Origin: Octopus vulgaris
Taxonomy: Eukaryota
Length of the DNA: 64,000 nucleotides
Reading direction: 5' to 3'
NCBI GenBank assembly: GCA_951406725.2
Contig: OX597821.1
Span: 59,892,001-59,956,000 of the forward strand
Position 1 is the stretch's first letter; each line of letters opens with the position of its first letter. The position numbers and the translations under genes were made by a program. Shown here one piece after another: positions 39,396 through 52,505 of the stretch. The notes beneath the pieces were generated by a model, which was given only the letters and a program-made list of their open reading frames with translations, was not told where the DNA came from and made no database searches.

Positions 39396-39604
39396 CAACA
39401 TGTTAATGAGAGAAGTCTCTATGCTGTTGCTTGATCTGTTAGAAACAGCAACCAATTCTCTCTCAAATCATATACATCTTAGAAAACTCGGTTATATTGA
39501 ATTAATATGGTTAGGAAAAAGACAGGCTGGTCATGACTGGAATGCCTCTTGTCATAGGTTTGTTTGATTAGGCTGCCTGAGAAATGGGAAGAACTAGACA
39601 ATGT

Positions 39605-39825
39605 TTTCAAGTTTTGGCACAAGGCCAGCAATTTTATCGGGATAGAGCAAGTCAATTACATTGACCCCCAATGCTCAACTGGTATTTATTTTACTGACTC
39701 TGAAAGGATATAAATAAAGTCAACCTTAATGGAATTTGCACTCAGAACGTAAAAAAGTGGCAGAAATGTCACTAAGTATTTTATTTCACACACACATTAA
39801 TGATTCTTGCAGCTTGCTGCCTTAA
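39605..39825 (-). mobile_element. SINE-B
   Basis: TTTTGGCACAAGGCCAGCAATTT tail plus Meta-like core. Confidence 0.8.
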
Positions 39826-40504
39826 ACGAGGACTAAATAATAATATTACTAATTGTACTTACTTAGAGTATTGCTAAGATTTAATGGTTTGTTGTTGCTG
39901 TTGTTTGGGACCAGCTTATCCCTGATGGGGTAAACCTAAGTATATAACATTTTATGTTATCTCTCTTTTTCTCAAACAGAGTATCTGGGATTTACACAAT
40001 CCAAAAGTGTCCTTCCCTTTTAAAACTCTGCAGGTTTGACTTGAGAAACATTTAACTGCTATTTCTGGTAGGCTGAAACGATTCCTTAGCTTGATAAAAT
40101 ATTTTTATTGCCAAGAGTACATAGAAAAGAAATAGATTAAAAAAGTTATCTAGTTAACAGGTCAACCAATGGTGGTGGAAACAGTATTTTCCATTATAAT
40201 TTAGCACGACAATATATCCTGATATTGCAACGAAAGTGTCCGACAGTTGATAATCATCTTTGAAAAATTCAAATATATTGTAATACCATCAAGTCTGTTG
40301 AAGAAGTTAGTACCAGTTAGGAAATTGGTAATTTATGTGAAAATCATTAAAATATGAACTAAAATCTCTGAGACATATGTTTAATGTCTTTCCAATAAAC
40401 CTTGTCTGATGTCTACAAAGCTGAGAGATGATCAGTTGGTAAGGAATCATAAAACACACTCAATTTTTTTTTTTTTTTAAGTAGTGCTTTTAGGTGCAAT
40501 TATT

Positions 40505-40870
40505 GCTATGTGGTTAAGAAGTTCATTTTCCAACCATATGGTGCCAGGTTCAATCTCACTGCATGGTACCTAGAGCAACTATCTTCTTATTTCTTTATTG
40601 CCCACAAGGGGCTAAACACAGAAGGGACAAATAAGAGATTAAGTTGATTAGATTGACTCCAGTGCATAACTGGTACTTAATTTATCGACCCCGAAAGGAT
40701 GAAAGGCAAAGTCGACCTTGGCAGAATTTGAACTCAGAATGTAACGGCAGACGAAATACAGTTAAGCATTTCGCCCGGTGAGCTTAGCAAGAGCAACTAT
40801 CTTCAACCATAACCTTGGGCTGAGCAAAACCTTGTGGGAGAAACTGAAAGAAGCCAATAATGTGTGTGTG
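40505..40870 (+). mobile_element. SINE-A head interrupted by a SINE-B insertion
   Basis: SINE-A at 40505-40586 continues at 40790-40870. Confidence 0.8.
40587..40789 (-). mobile_element. Young 5'-truncated SINE-B with perfect 15-bp TSD
   Basis: AGAGCAACTATCTTC at 40572-40586 and 40790-40804; CpGs retained. Confidence 0.92.
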
Positions 40871-41819
40871 TGTGTGATGGAGTGCTTCTCCAAAACTTGC
40901 CAGATACAAACGATATGTTATTGTTGCTTCTCCAGTTAAGAAAGTGTTTGCTGGATTTGTATCAATGAAAACAAGTGAAACGAATAATCCCCTATTTGAA
41001 AACCCAATAAGGATTTGCAGCAGGAAGAGCATTCAGCTGTATAACAATACCTCAATAATGTATTCATCTAACTCATGCTAGTATGGAAAACAATGGATAT
41101 AAAAACAAGAGAAACAAAATGAGTGGTTATTTCATTCAGCTTAAGAAATAATTATTATCATTGAAAACAGTTGTAAATGAGTGTCACTGTCATACAAGCA
41201 GTGTTGTATATTTGCAATATTCTGTGCAAACATGCCTGGCAATAGGAAAATATTATTTTGCTTGGAAACAGGAAGGACATCCACCCCAATAAACTCAGTT
41301 TGTCCCATGCAAGTATGGAAAAGTGGATGTTATCCCGATGATGATGAGGTTGATGATGATTAAAAAATTAATATCTAAAAAGTATTAGAAATTATGAGAC
41401 ACTTATAGAAAATACAGAAACACATCTGTGGTTTACAAATATAATTGACATATCTAACAAATCACTGTAGTAGAATAATCTACAACAATTTGATCAAATA
41501 TTTAATCCAAACATTAACCACAAACTCGTCTATTTGTCCAAGTGGCTATTTTATAGCTGTAAGTAAGTCTGACTCCTGTCATATCTCGGACTTGACGTAG
41601 CTAGCCAATGTAAACATCTTCACAGTTTAGTTCACAAAGTAAGTATTTAGACAGACCCTAAATGTACTGCTTGGTTATAGGACTGGTGTTTAAAAAAAGC
41701 TCAATGTTGGCCAGGGTAAGGTACTGAGAAGGTACCGGACTTTTGACATTTAAGGTTAACAGGTTTAAAAATTATGGCTAGACAGTGTGTTAAATCCAAG
41801 ATAAAAAAAATAAGTGTAA

Positions 41820-42030
41820 AGAGCCCCTTCTGTCATGAATGACAATGGGATTACTCCTAGAAAGTTCCCTTCTGAAGCACAAGTCCAAGCGTGGTTGTTT
41901 ATGGAAGACCAGCAGTTACCCTTGCATACCAGCCACCCATGTTATCCAAGGGAAAAGCAAAGGCCGACACAATTTGGCTCAAAAAAGCAATGCACAGCCT
42001 GGTCTGGAAATCGAACTCACTACCTCATGA
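41820..42030 (-). mobile_element. SINE-F (distinct tRNA-derived SINE), partial
   Basis: GGAAATCGAACTCAC at ~42006 is a reverse B-box; GC-richer body. Confidence 0.5.
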
Positions 42031-42437
42031 TACAAGGAACATTAAGCTGTCATTGCTTCTCTCAGACAACATAATTGTAAAACACCAGCTTCACGTAATG
42101 TAGGTTTTTGATGTGAGGAGATGCATTTATTAGGAGGAATCTCTATAAAGCTGCTCTATGTAAGGTAGGCCTGAAATGTTCAGACCTAACCAAAACTAAT
42201 AAAATCAATCATCGATACTTTAATCAAAACAAAAGTAAATAGAATCGTCTAATCTATAGGGTGAAGCCAAATCTTTCAAAAGGTGTCTCATAGTGGGACT
42301 GAACCCAAAACCATGTGGTTGCAAAGCGAGCTTCTCAACCACATTTCAATTCAATTCAATTTTTTGAATGACCATGCCTGCACACACACACACACACACA
42401 CACATAATGTATGTATGCATACGTGTGTGCATGTATC

Positions 42438-42473
<36 letters not shown>

Positions 42474-43593
42474 TTATTATGCTTTTCATGAATGATGGTA
42501 TGTATTTAATATAATTCAACAAAGATAACACTCTCTTTCTTACAAAGAATGTGTGTGTGTGTGTATAATTTTGATTACTTCTTTTGTAAGAATAAGTGTT
42601 ATCATACATTTGCATAAACATATACAAACGAAAAGAGAGAGAGAGAGAGAGAGTGAGTGTGTGTGTGTGTGTGTGTGTGTGAACTATTCCTATGGCCTGA
42701 AATTTCCAAAAGATAGAAAACAAAAAATGATGAGGAAGGCATGTTAGTGTAATCTTCAAAAATTGTGCTGATTAACACAGTTTTCCTCTTCCACTATTTC
42801 TCTGAATAAAATATCTCAGTAAATCTGCCAAAATCTATTATAGAAATTCAGAAACCATTTGTCAGCAGTAAAAAGAATAGTCTATGAAATTTTTGTATGT
42901 GTATAATCATGTACGCGTGCCATCAAAATTCCTATTCAAGTATTTTTTTTTTTAGAAATTTCTTTGAGATTCAATTTTAGATTCTCTTAGGTGAATTTTT
43001 TTCTTCTTTATAGCTACAAAATTTAAACTCTTCCTTTGTATAGCTTGGTCTTATTTCTTGCTCAGTCAGCACCTTATTTTTAATTAGCATAAGGATATAT
43101 AGACATAGAGAAAGGTTTGATTGCAAAAACGTCATATTTTAGAATATAAAATTCAGCCAAAATTACTTAAAAAGAAAATGAGAAAAAAACCCAAAAAACT
43201 TATATTATCTCCCTTGGATACTAACACTATAACGTTACACTCCCCTCACATTATAAGAATTACAGTCGAAACATACAGACACTCCATGCAGATATTATCA
43301 TCATGCACATAAGTACACATAAATATCTTCATACATGTATACACACACGCCTTTCAATACAATCTGGGTGAGGAAACACTTGCTTTGTATGGCTGCATTT
43401 TACTTTTAACTACCCTAAACATTCAGCAATTCAAGCCAAACAATTACTTCACACACTCAGCTTCATATCCTTTCAATCTAAACTTAGAATCCAAACTTAG
43501 AAGAATGAAAATTTAAATTTAGATTTTAGTCCATATTATTTCCCTTATTAGAGGTCTAACACTAATCTGCTCCAATTCTTAAGCTGTTTATAG

Positions 43594-44254
43594 CAGTGTT
43601 CATCAACCATTTTTTTCACCCATGGACCAGGGATTCACAAGCATAACAAAACACAAGAAAGGGCATAATATGTAATTTAATTATTACATATATATATACA
43701 ACTAAGACTTGTCAAGCTAAGTGAAATTGCAGTCAGAGCCAAGGCAGTGTCACATAACTGGCACCTGTGCCAGTGACATATAATAAAAAGTACCCTTTGA
43801 ATGTTGGACCTCGCAGAGGCAATGACAAGTGGCTGAGACCTTTGGCAATATGCAGTGCTTAAGAAGACTTGACAAGTCAAGTGAACTTGTAGTTGTGGTT
43901 GATGTTGGTGCCACGTAACTGGCAACCATGCTAGGGTCACTTAAAAAGCACCCATTATAGTCTTGGAGTGGTTGGCATTAAGAAGGGCATCCAACCGTAG
44001 AAATCATGTCAAATCTGAGTGGAGCTTGGTGCAGCTCTCCGTCTTCCTAGTTTCAGTCAAACTGTCCATCCAACCCATGTTAGCTTGGACAACAGATGTT
44101 AAATGCTGATGATTACGTATGTAAAACATGTTTGCAGACTTCAATAGTCAATAAAATGAAAATAAAATTTAAAAATCTATTCTTTCTGTTTGACCTGGTA
44201 CTGTATGTTCCATGGTCCAGAACTGGTCTGCAGTGCAGTAGTTGGGGTCCCCTG
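43594..44254. mobile_element. hAT (Charlie-like) non-autonomous element with 8-bp TSD, containing a nested SINE-C
   Basis: TSD GTTTATAG at 43586-43593 and 44255-44262; degenerate ends CAGTGTTCATCAACC / GTTGGGGTCCCCTG. Confidence 0.7.
43700..44115 (+). mobile_element. SINE-C-like repeat with internal direct repeat and GAAGGGCATCC tail
   Basis: AAGACTTG.CAAG..AAGTGAA...TAACTGGCA occurs at ~43704 and ~43864; tail shared with 22610-22755. Confidence 0.65.
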
Positions 44255-45215
44255 GTTTATAGAGTAAGATCTGATGTTTGGAGATTGGCATCAATGGGTG
44301 TTAAAAAAAACAAAAAAAAACAGAAAAAATGTTAAAGCTGAATGAATAAAGCAATCTTAGGCAACTGCAACTCAGCCAAGATATTCATGTCCGTGTATAT
44401 AGGGGGTGGGCGGAGGGATGGCGAATGTGTGGAAGCATTCCTTATAATGCAGTTGATGTTAAGAAGAGCAGACAGCCAAAAGTCTTTTGCTGTAATTATA
44501 TATTTGCAGTTAGTTGTTCAGACGTTAGAATTAGGAGAAGAAAAACAAAAACAAAAAAAAACCCCTAGTTCTGATCAATGGAAACAGACATTATATGAAA
44601 TTATTTAACAATGATAAATGATGCCTTAAAGTAGTTTAATGAAGCGAAAAGCTGAGAATAGTAACTTCATCAGTACATATGCTTTAATTCCCTTTCCTCT
44701 TTAAATGTGTGTGTGCACGCGTGCATGCATGCATGTGTGTGTGTGTTTATATTTTCCAATGGATATTATCAGATAAGACACAGAGTACCATACTTGCCTT
44801 TAAAAATCACACCAGGTCCTACATGTGAGGTTAGGCCTATATTACATGGTTTAATGCACTAAAAACTTTTGTCCCTGAATATGATTGCTGAAATTGGGAT
44901 GCATCTAATATGCCTGTGTGTCTTTTATGCCATCAAATACAGTAGCATTACATTAAAAGGAAAAAAAAAATCCCCCCCCCCAAAAAAAAAACTTAAATGA
45001 GTGATGATTTGATTATCAGTAAATTGAATCATACCATTTGCATAAATCAATACATTAAAAATTTCCAATCATCAGCAAAAATAAAATTTGAAATCTGACA
45101 CAAATATTAAAAATACTGTGCTGTGCTTTCAAATGTAAAAAAAAAAGTTGAGTAACTTAAATATACATGACAGCAAGAGACATATTTCACATTTGAGGCT
45201 AGAATTATCACCACT

Positions 45216-45409
45216 TTAACCCTTTCGCATTTAAACCGACTATATCCAGCCAAATCGTTCTGCCAGATCTAATCTTTCACACCTAGCCAACAAGGTCATT
45301 CTAGAAAGTAAACAATCACATCATCGAAATCTCGAAGCTATGAGAGATAAGGCATGATAAATTCAGAGCAAAGTGAATTGACAAAATAATCTGAATGTTC
45401 AAGGGTTAA
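45216..45409 (-). mobile_element. MITE family E with TTAA TSD
   Basis: TTAA-CCCTTTCGCAT ... ATGTTCAAGGG-TTAA. Confidence 0.8.
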
Positions 45410-45535
45410 ATGTATTTTATTTTAAAGCTGAATACATGACGTGTGTTGAAAGAGAAAGAGAGGAGGTGTAACTTATTTAAGTCAGCTGAATAGTGTCACA
45501 TTGTCAACATCATTATTATTCAACATCGACAGACA

Positions 45536-46075
45536 ACGAGCTGGCAGAATCATTAACATGCCAGGCAAGGTTGACTTTGTCTTTCATCCTTGGGGTGGTT
45601 GATTTAAAATAAGTACCAGTCGAGTACGGGGGGGGGGGGGGTCGGTCGATGTAGTCGACTGTCACCCTCCCCCAAATTCCAGGCCTTGTGCTTATAATAG
45701 AAAGGATTATTATCCAACATCCACTTTTCCATGCTTGCATGGCTGAGGCAGATTTTCTACAGCTGGATGTCCTTCCTGTTGCCGACCCCCACCTGTTTCC
45801 AAGCAAGGTTATACTTCCCCATAGCTAGACATGGTTTTCATGGAAGACTGCAAACAAAACAACATGCTTGTGTACAACCATCCTGTGATGTCAAGACATA
45901 GGCACACATATATATACGATGGGCTTCTTTCAGTTTCTATGTACCAAATCCTCTCGGAAAGCTTTGGTCAACCTGAGACTATAAAAGGGGAAACTTACCA
46001 AAAGGTACCATGCAATGGGATTAAACCCAATGCCACATGGTTTGGAAACAATTTTCTCAACCACACAGCCATACC
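45536..46075. mobile_element. SINE-B (+, 45536-45712) tail-to-tail with SINE-A2 (-, 45715-46075)
   Basis: GAGCTGGCAGAATC head and GAAAGGATTATTAT tail, followed by CCACTTTTCCATGCTTGCATGG. Confidence 0.85.
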
Positions 46076-46959
46076 AGTCTCTCTGATGGAAGAACGTTAT
46101 ACTTCCTCTTCAAGTCTTTATTTATTCCACACCTGCTCCTATTTGAAAACAGTCGACTGAAAATCACCATTGTATCCAGAATAAGATCTGGTGGTTGGGA
46201 ACCTGCTAAATGAGTTGATTTTAGTAGGTTCGTAATACATACACACACATGTGCATGTGTTTGTGTGTCTGTCTATGTATGTGTGTGTGTGTTTACATTT
46301 AGAATGTAACAACAGAGACACTGAAAAATATGTAAATAAGTCTTCTATAAACGATGTTATCTAGAATGCCAAACCAGCTTTAAAATAATACGTTTTCAGT
46401 CTTTAAAGGTAGCTTTTCACCTTTTCTTTTCTTTCCAAGGGTGTTTAACTATTTGTATTATGAGCCATTATTTAAAGCTAGATTGGCATTTGAGGTATAC
46501 GTAGTTTATGGAAGTTTCTTTTAACACTTAAGTTCTCTTTGGTTTATAAGTGTGGATAGTTTCGTGAGAATAGCTATATACATACATGTGAATATATATA
46601 TATATATTATTAATATTTAGCAGAAGCAACCGAGTGACTCAAGTTCTAAGAGCTTCGTGCACTGGCACTTATCAAACACTTATACATATAAGTAAATTAC
46701 AACAAATAGCCCTTTTCATATAAAATATATTATAACAAATAACAATTTTTGTCATTAAATATATTCAAAGATTATTACTTTAAAAGCTCTAAGAGGAAAT
46801 CTAACATTCTTCCATCAGAGAGAAGTGAAGGAAATAAAACAAGATCTATCACAGAATGATTGAAAGGTAACAGGAAGAATCAAACCAAATATTTACTGAC
46901 CTAAAAAAAACCCCAAAAAAACAAAGGGTCAGTCAAGAAAGGCAAACAAATTTAGAACC

Positions 46960-47000
<41 letters not shown>

Positions 47001-47046
47001 CCCCCCCACACACACACGCAAGCATACATACTATGTTTACTTGTAC

Positions 47047-47440
47047 AGGCATAGCTGTGTGGTAAGAAGTTTGCTCTTCTTCTCAACCACATGGTCATGG
47101 GTTCAGTCCCACAATGTGGCACCTTGGCCACATGTCTTCTAGTATAGCTCTAGGCCGACCAAAGCCTTGTGAGTGGATTTGGTTGGTGGAAACTGAGAGA
47201 AGCCAATTTATTGTATCTGTGTGTGTGCATTGGTGTTTGTCCCCTACAATCACTTGACAACCGGTGCTGATATGTTTACATCCCTACCAAATTAGCAGTT
47301 TGGCAAAAAGAGATTGATAGAATAAGTAGCAAGCTTAAAAATAAAAGTACTGGTGTCAGTTTGTCCGACTAAAATTCAAGGCAATGCTCCAGCATGGCCA
47401 CAGTCTAGTGACTGAAACAAGTAAAAGATATTAAAAGATA
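47047..47440 (+). mobile_element. SINE-A, full length
   Basis: Complete head, core and tail. Confidence 0.92.
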
Positions 47441-49164
47441 AAGAAATTTGCTCTATTTTATACCTTGTCCTAACAGAAAAAATGTTTGACTTGAGAATAA
47501 ATATGGTACACACACATACACACACACATTTCAGTGCTTGTGTTATTAACAGAAGTTAATTGTACACAAGTTTTCAAAAAAAACCCCCAAAACAACAGAA
47601 ATAATAATTTAGATAAACCACTGTTGGTGCTGCTTGTTCAAGAGGAGAGACTTCATATATCTGATGACAATGATGCTGGCAGAGACAAGATCACCAATGA
47701 CGATGATGATGATGATAGTGAAGGGTGGTGGCAGTGGTGGGGATTCATAAATGACAACAACAATGGGCTTTTAGCAAATGCATTTACAATTTCATTTGCT
47801 TACTGATAATGACCTCAGCAGCCAAAGTGTGTACTCTGGGATACAATTTAATTTTAGTAAGATTTTTTTTTTTTGGTGGGGAGTGGTGGTGATGGTGATG
47901 GTGTGGTAAGAATTAATGAGAAATTCCAGCAAGTATAGTGTGTGCATGTGTGTATATGTGAGTGAGTGAGTGTGTGTATGTGTGTCTGCATATATGTACA
48001 TATGAAAGAGAGAAGCGGAGAGAATGAGAGAGACAGAAATGAAAGGACGAATGAAACAGAAAGTGAAGTGGGGGGGGGGGAACACAACATTAAGGAAAGA
48101 CCAATCTATATATGTTGTCTTTAGATGGGAACTTTACATGGAAAAGGGGGAAAAAAAAAGAAGAAAGAATTGCTGTAATATCAGAATTGAGACATGGAAT
48201 GGTTAACAGAAGAATTACCTGGGGGTTGTGTGTGCATGTCTGTGTGCAAGTATGCATGTGCACGTGTGTACGTCAGTGTACATGTGCTCGTGTAGTGGGG
48301 GCGGGGTCTTGCTTCCTTCTCCACTGATATTATTAAACCATCAAATCAAGAGTACAAGATTCAAAGTTTTCTTTAGACATCAAATATTGGCGGAATTGAA
48401 GAAAGGGAGAAAAAAAAAAAGAGAGAAAGAGGAAGAGAGAGAAAAAACATGATCGTATAGAAAATTGAAGTAAAGAGAGAAGAAGAAATGAAGTTGAAAG
48501 AGTTCAGAGAGGATATCAAAATAGCTTAGAATCTAATAAATCAAAGGCTCCCTTCTCTTTTCTTACACACACACATGTGCGGGTGCGCATACGCATACAA
48601 TTAAAGATTAAATGCTATTAGCTTTCCCCAAACTTTCTTAATAATAACTTTATCTTATGTCTCCTGATAATCTTCAAGATTGATTAAGATTCTTAATCTT
48701 TCTCCTCATGTATTAAACAAGCAATATCTAAGCAAGCTTTTAGAATGAGAGAGAGAAAGAGAGAGAGAGAGAGGGAGAGAGAGCAAGGATGACCAACTCA
48801 AGAACATAACTGGGTGAGAGAGAAACTAATACTCTGTCACCAACACTGTGTTGGCTGTCATCAAGACTCAAGTGGACTCTCAAATTATCACTGTATCACC
48901 GCGGATGAGTCACTAAAGTAGAAGTGTGGGCAGGCTAGCTGTGAATATAGTGTATAAGAAAGGATGGGCTCTGTCAGACTGGTTTTTCCCTAGATGCACA
49001 ACATTAAAAAAAAATCTTCCTAACCAGTGCGTTTTTATAGGAGCCAAACTGAAAAATTCCCACCATTCAATGTGTCAACATAAGTAACCAATTCAGGGTT
49101 TTACTTCCTGTTGCAAAAACATCTCTGACAAAATACTTTACTATATATACTGTCGTATATATAT

Positions 49165-49375
49165 TCTTTTCTTTGTTTCAGTCATTTGACTGTGGCCATA
49201 CTGGAGCATCACCTTTAGTCAAATAAATTGACCCCAGAACTTATTTTCTGTAAGCCTAGTACTTATTCTACCAGTCTCTTTTGCTGAACCACTAAGTTAC
49301 GAGGACGTAAACATGGCAGCATCAGTTGCCAAGCGATGGTAGTGGGGCAGGGGTCAAACACAGACACACAAACAT

Positions 49376-49406
<31 letters not shown>

Positions 49407-49562
49407 CAACAGGCTTCTTTCAGTTTCTGTCTGCCAAATCTACTCACAAGGCTTTGGTCAGACCGAGGCTATAGTAGAAGACATTTGCCCAAGGTGCCAT
49501 GCAGTGGGACTGAACCCGGAACCATGTGGTTGCTAAGCAAACTACTTACCACACAGCCACTC
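49165..49562 (-). mobile_element. SINE-A, full length
   Basis: Complete reverse-complement copy. Confidence 0.92.
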
Positions 49563-50004
49563 CTATATATATATAAATATGAGACTAAATGTGATCAGAT
49601 ATTTACTAAATTTACCAATTCACATGGTAAACTATCATTAAATTGACACCATTGTGTGAACATGAAACAGGATTCTATAAAAGTGTCCATTCCGAAGCAG
49701 AAAAACCTCAGACTTCACCCACACCGGAAATGATGAGATATTGTAATATTGTATTCTTTCTTTAGCTTGGGTTTTTATATTTACATTTATTTTGGAAATG
49801 TTATTTACATATTTGGACATCAATTCTATCTATCTATCTGTGCATCTATTTATCTGCCTGCCTGCTTAACTATCTATATCTATTTTTTTTTACGATCCCT
49901 TTTGATCGAAAACCTACCCCCACCTTTTTTTCCCTCCCTAAAAAGAAAAGCTCTACTTTGTAATTTATCCCCTGTGTTCAGCCATGTGTGGCTAATAAAG
50001 AAAC

Positions 50005-50168
50005 ATATCTGTGCATCTATCTATCTGTCTGTTTACCTATCTATCTATCTATCTATCTAATCTATCTATCTATCCGTCTGTCTGTCTGCCTATCTATCTA
50101 TCTGTCTGTCTGTCTACCTATCTAACTGTCTTCCTACCTATCAATCTATCTATCTATCAATCAATCAG
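50005..50168. repeat. Compound (TATC)n/(TGTC)n tetranucleotide repeat
   Basis: Directly visible. Confidence 0.9.
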
Positions 50169-51077
50169 TCATTCTGACTTTCATAAAACATCTGCAGGCT
50201 CTGTTTTATAATTCAATATCATGTTTAAACTTCCATATACTTTGAAGGGATATGAAAAATCTATTATACACTAGGAAAATATGTTAGACCATCTATCATA
50301 TACTTTGAAAAGTCATAGACCACAAAAGTGATAATAATAATCTTGTTCTGAATCAGAAGGAAAAGACTGCTTCATGCCTATGACGCTTCAATATTGCAAT
50401 ATTCAATAAAGACACATGCACACACACACACATACATGCATGGTGTGTACATAATAATCTTTGTGTTGATAAAATTTTGTTTCATTACAAAAGTTCTAAA
50501 GAATACAGCAGCTATGTTTTCTGCCTTTAAAACATGAAGTTACAATAAATATCCCACTTTCTTCTGTGGTTGGATATTATGATAAAGGTTTCTACACAAC
50601 CCTACAGTTCCAAAAAATAATGTGAATTTGCAGAAACAACCAGCCCACACTGTGATAGGAGACACAACACTCTCTGAGTGCAAAGGCATGTCTATATACG
50701 TGGCCATGGAGTAGAATCATAATTAAAATGTATTTTCTAAAATGACTGCTGTTTCTAACAGGTATGACTAGACTTCTACCTACTTTTGATTCTCAATTCG
50801 ATGCAATATTTTCATTGAATTTGGATGTGGAGATTTTCTTTTGAAGCCATTTTTTCATGGACAGAATGGTTTACCGGTTTCCACAGACAGAACAGCTTTA
50901 CACTAGGATCATTCACTAAACCATGGAATGGCAATCATACTGTGAAGCAAACTGGAGCAAGCAGAATCATGTGTTTGACTTGGGAGGATGCCATTCAGTG
51001 ACATTAATAAGAGGTCATCTTATGACCATATGGTCAATAGTCCAGAATATTAAGCACACAGCCATTGTGTTTCATAT

Positions 51078-51655
51078 TGGTTTTGAATTTTGGTACATGG
51101 CTAGCAAGTTTTAAGAAGGGTGTACAAGGGGGTTCTTTAAGGATATTGTGAAAGGCCTGGTTGGATGCCCAACCTTCTGAGTCTTTTCACAAAGTTTAGA
51201 AAAACTGAAGGATCAATGCAATAAGTGTGTGAATCTGAGAGGGGAAATATGTTGAATAAAATCATGATTAACTGATCTCCCTGTATTTCCTTTTATCCAA
51301 AGACAGGAACTTTTTGGCACCCCCTCGTCAGTTGATTACATTGACTCCAGTACTCAAATGGTATTTATTTTATCGATTCTGAAAGGATGAAAGACAAAAA
51401 TCAACATTGGTGGAATTTGAACTCAGAACGTAGAGAAGGACAAAATATTCTTTTCTACTCTAGACACAAGACCCGAAATGTTTGGGGAGAGGGCCTGTTG
51501 ATTAGATCAACCCCAGTATGCAACTGGTACTTAATTTATCGACCCTGAAAGGATGAAAGGCAAAAGTTGACCTTGGCAGAATTTGAACTCAAAACATAAA
51601 GACAGACAAACTACCAGAGGGACAAAATATTGCCAAGCATTTTGCTTGGTGTGCA
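51078..51655 (-). mobile_element. SINE-B containing a nested mariner MITE and a nested second SINE-B (51450-51619, TSD GGACAAAATATT)
   Basis: TSD at 51438-51449 and 51620-51631; two SINE-B cores. Confidence 0.85.
51121..51328 (+). mobile_element. Mariner-derived MITE
   Basis: Reverse paralogue of 56219-56437; retains a transposase C-terminal relic LEKLKDQCNKCVNLRG(EYVE*). Confidence 0.8.
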
Positions 51656-52309
51656 TTGTGTTTCAGAATATCTTGAGAAAGGCTGACAGGCTACAAGTTC
51701 CTATATAAATATATACCCAGGCCTATTCCCCATTTTATTTAGGAGGGGGTAGCCACATCAAGACATTCCAGGCATTCCATTCATTTCTCAGCTCAAAGGG
51801 GCAAGCCCTGTTCTATGCTCAGAGCAAGGCATAGAATGCAACCCCCAATATCAGCAGTAGGGCCTGACAGCATATGCTGGTTCCATACTGCTTTGAGCAA
51901 CATCAAAATTCCCTCATCTGTCCACAAACAATCTCCAAGCTTTCCTATCATTTATAAACTCTCTTGCCTCTCTCACTCCAGCACCTCTCACCACCAAAGC
52001 TTTCCTCACTCCATCCATCCACACAAACTGAAGTTTAACTACTAAAAACAACACACCTATGTACTCACATGTATGTTTGTGTAGGGGTATATGTGTGTAG
52101 TAACTGTTTAACTGTAATCCTGGCTACGACATGCATATACAGGAATTAGGCTCTAAATAACCACATTTAACATAAGGGTATATCAAACATGTTTGTGTTT
52201 TTGCATAATGAAAACAAATGCAATGATTACAAAAAAAAAAAAAAAAGAAAGAAAAAAAAAGAGAGGAAAAACAAAGGGATTAACTTCTGAAACCAAATCC
52301 CAGTCTCTC

Positions 52310-52505
52310 TGCAAGGAGCATGGAAAATGGATGTTAAATGATGATGATGAAGAGCTTTCTTCAGTTTTCGTCTACCAAATCCACTAACAAGACTTTGGTT
52401 GATGTGGTGCTATAGCAGAAGAGACTTGCCCAAGATGCTATGCAATGGGATTGAAACCAGAACCATGTGGTTGAGAAGGAATCTACTTACCGCACAACCA
52501 TGCCT
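52310..52505. mobile_element. SINE-A2 tail end (+) and SINE-A head (-)
   Basis: GCATGGAAAATGGATGTTAAATGATG, then TTCAGTTTTCGTCTACCAAATCCAC. Confidence 0.75.
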
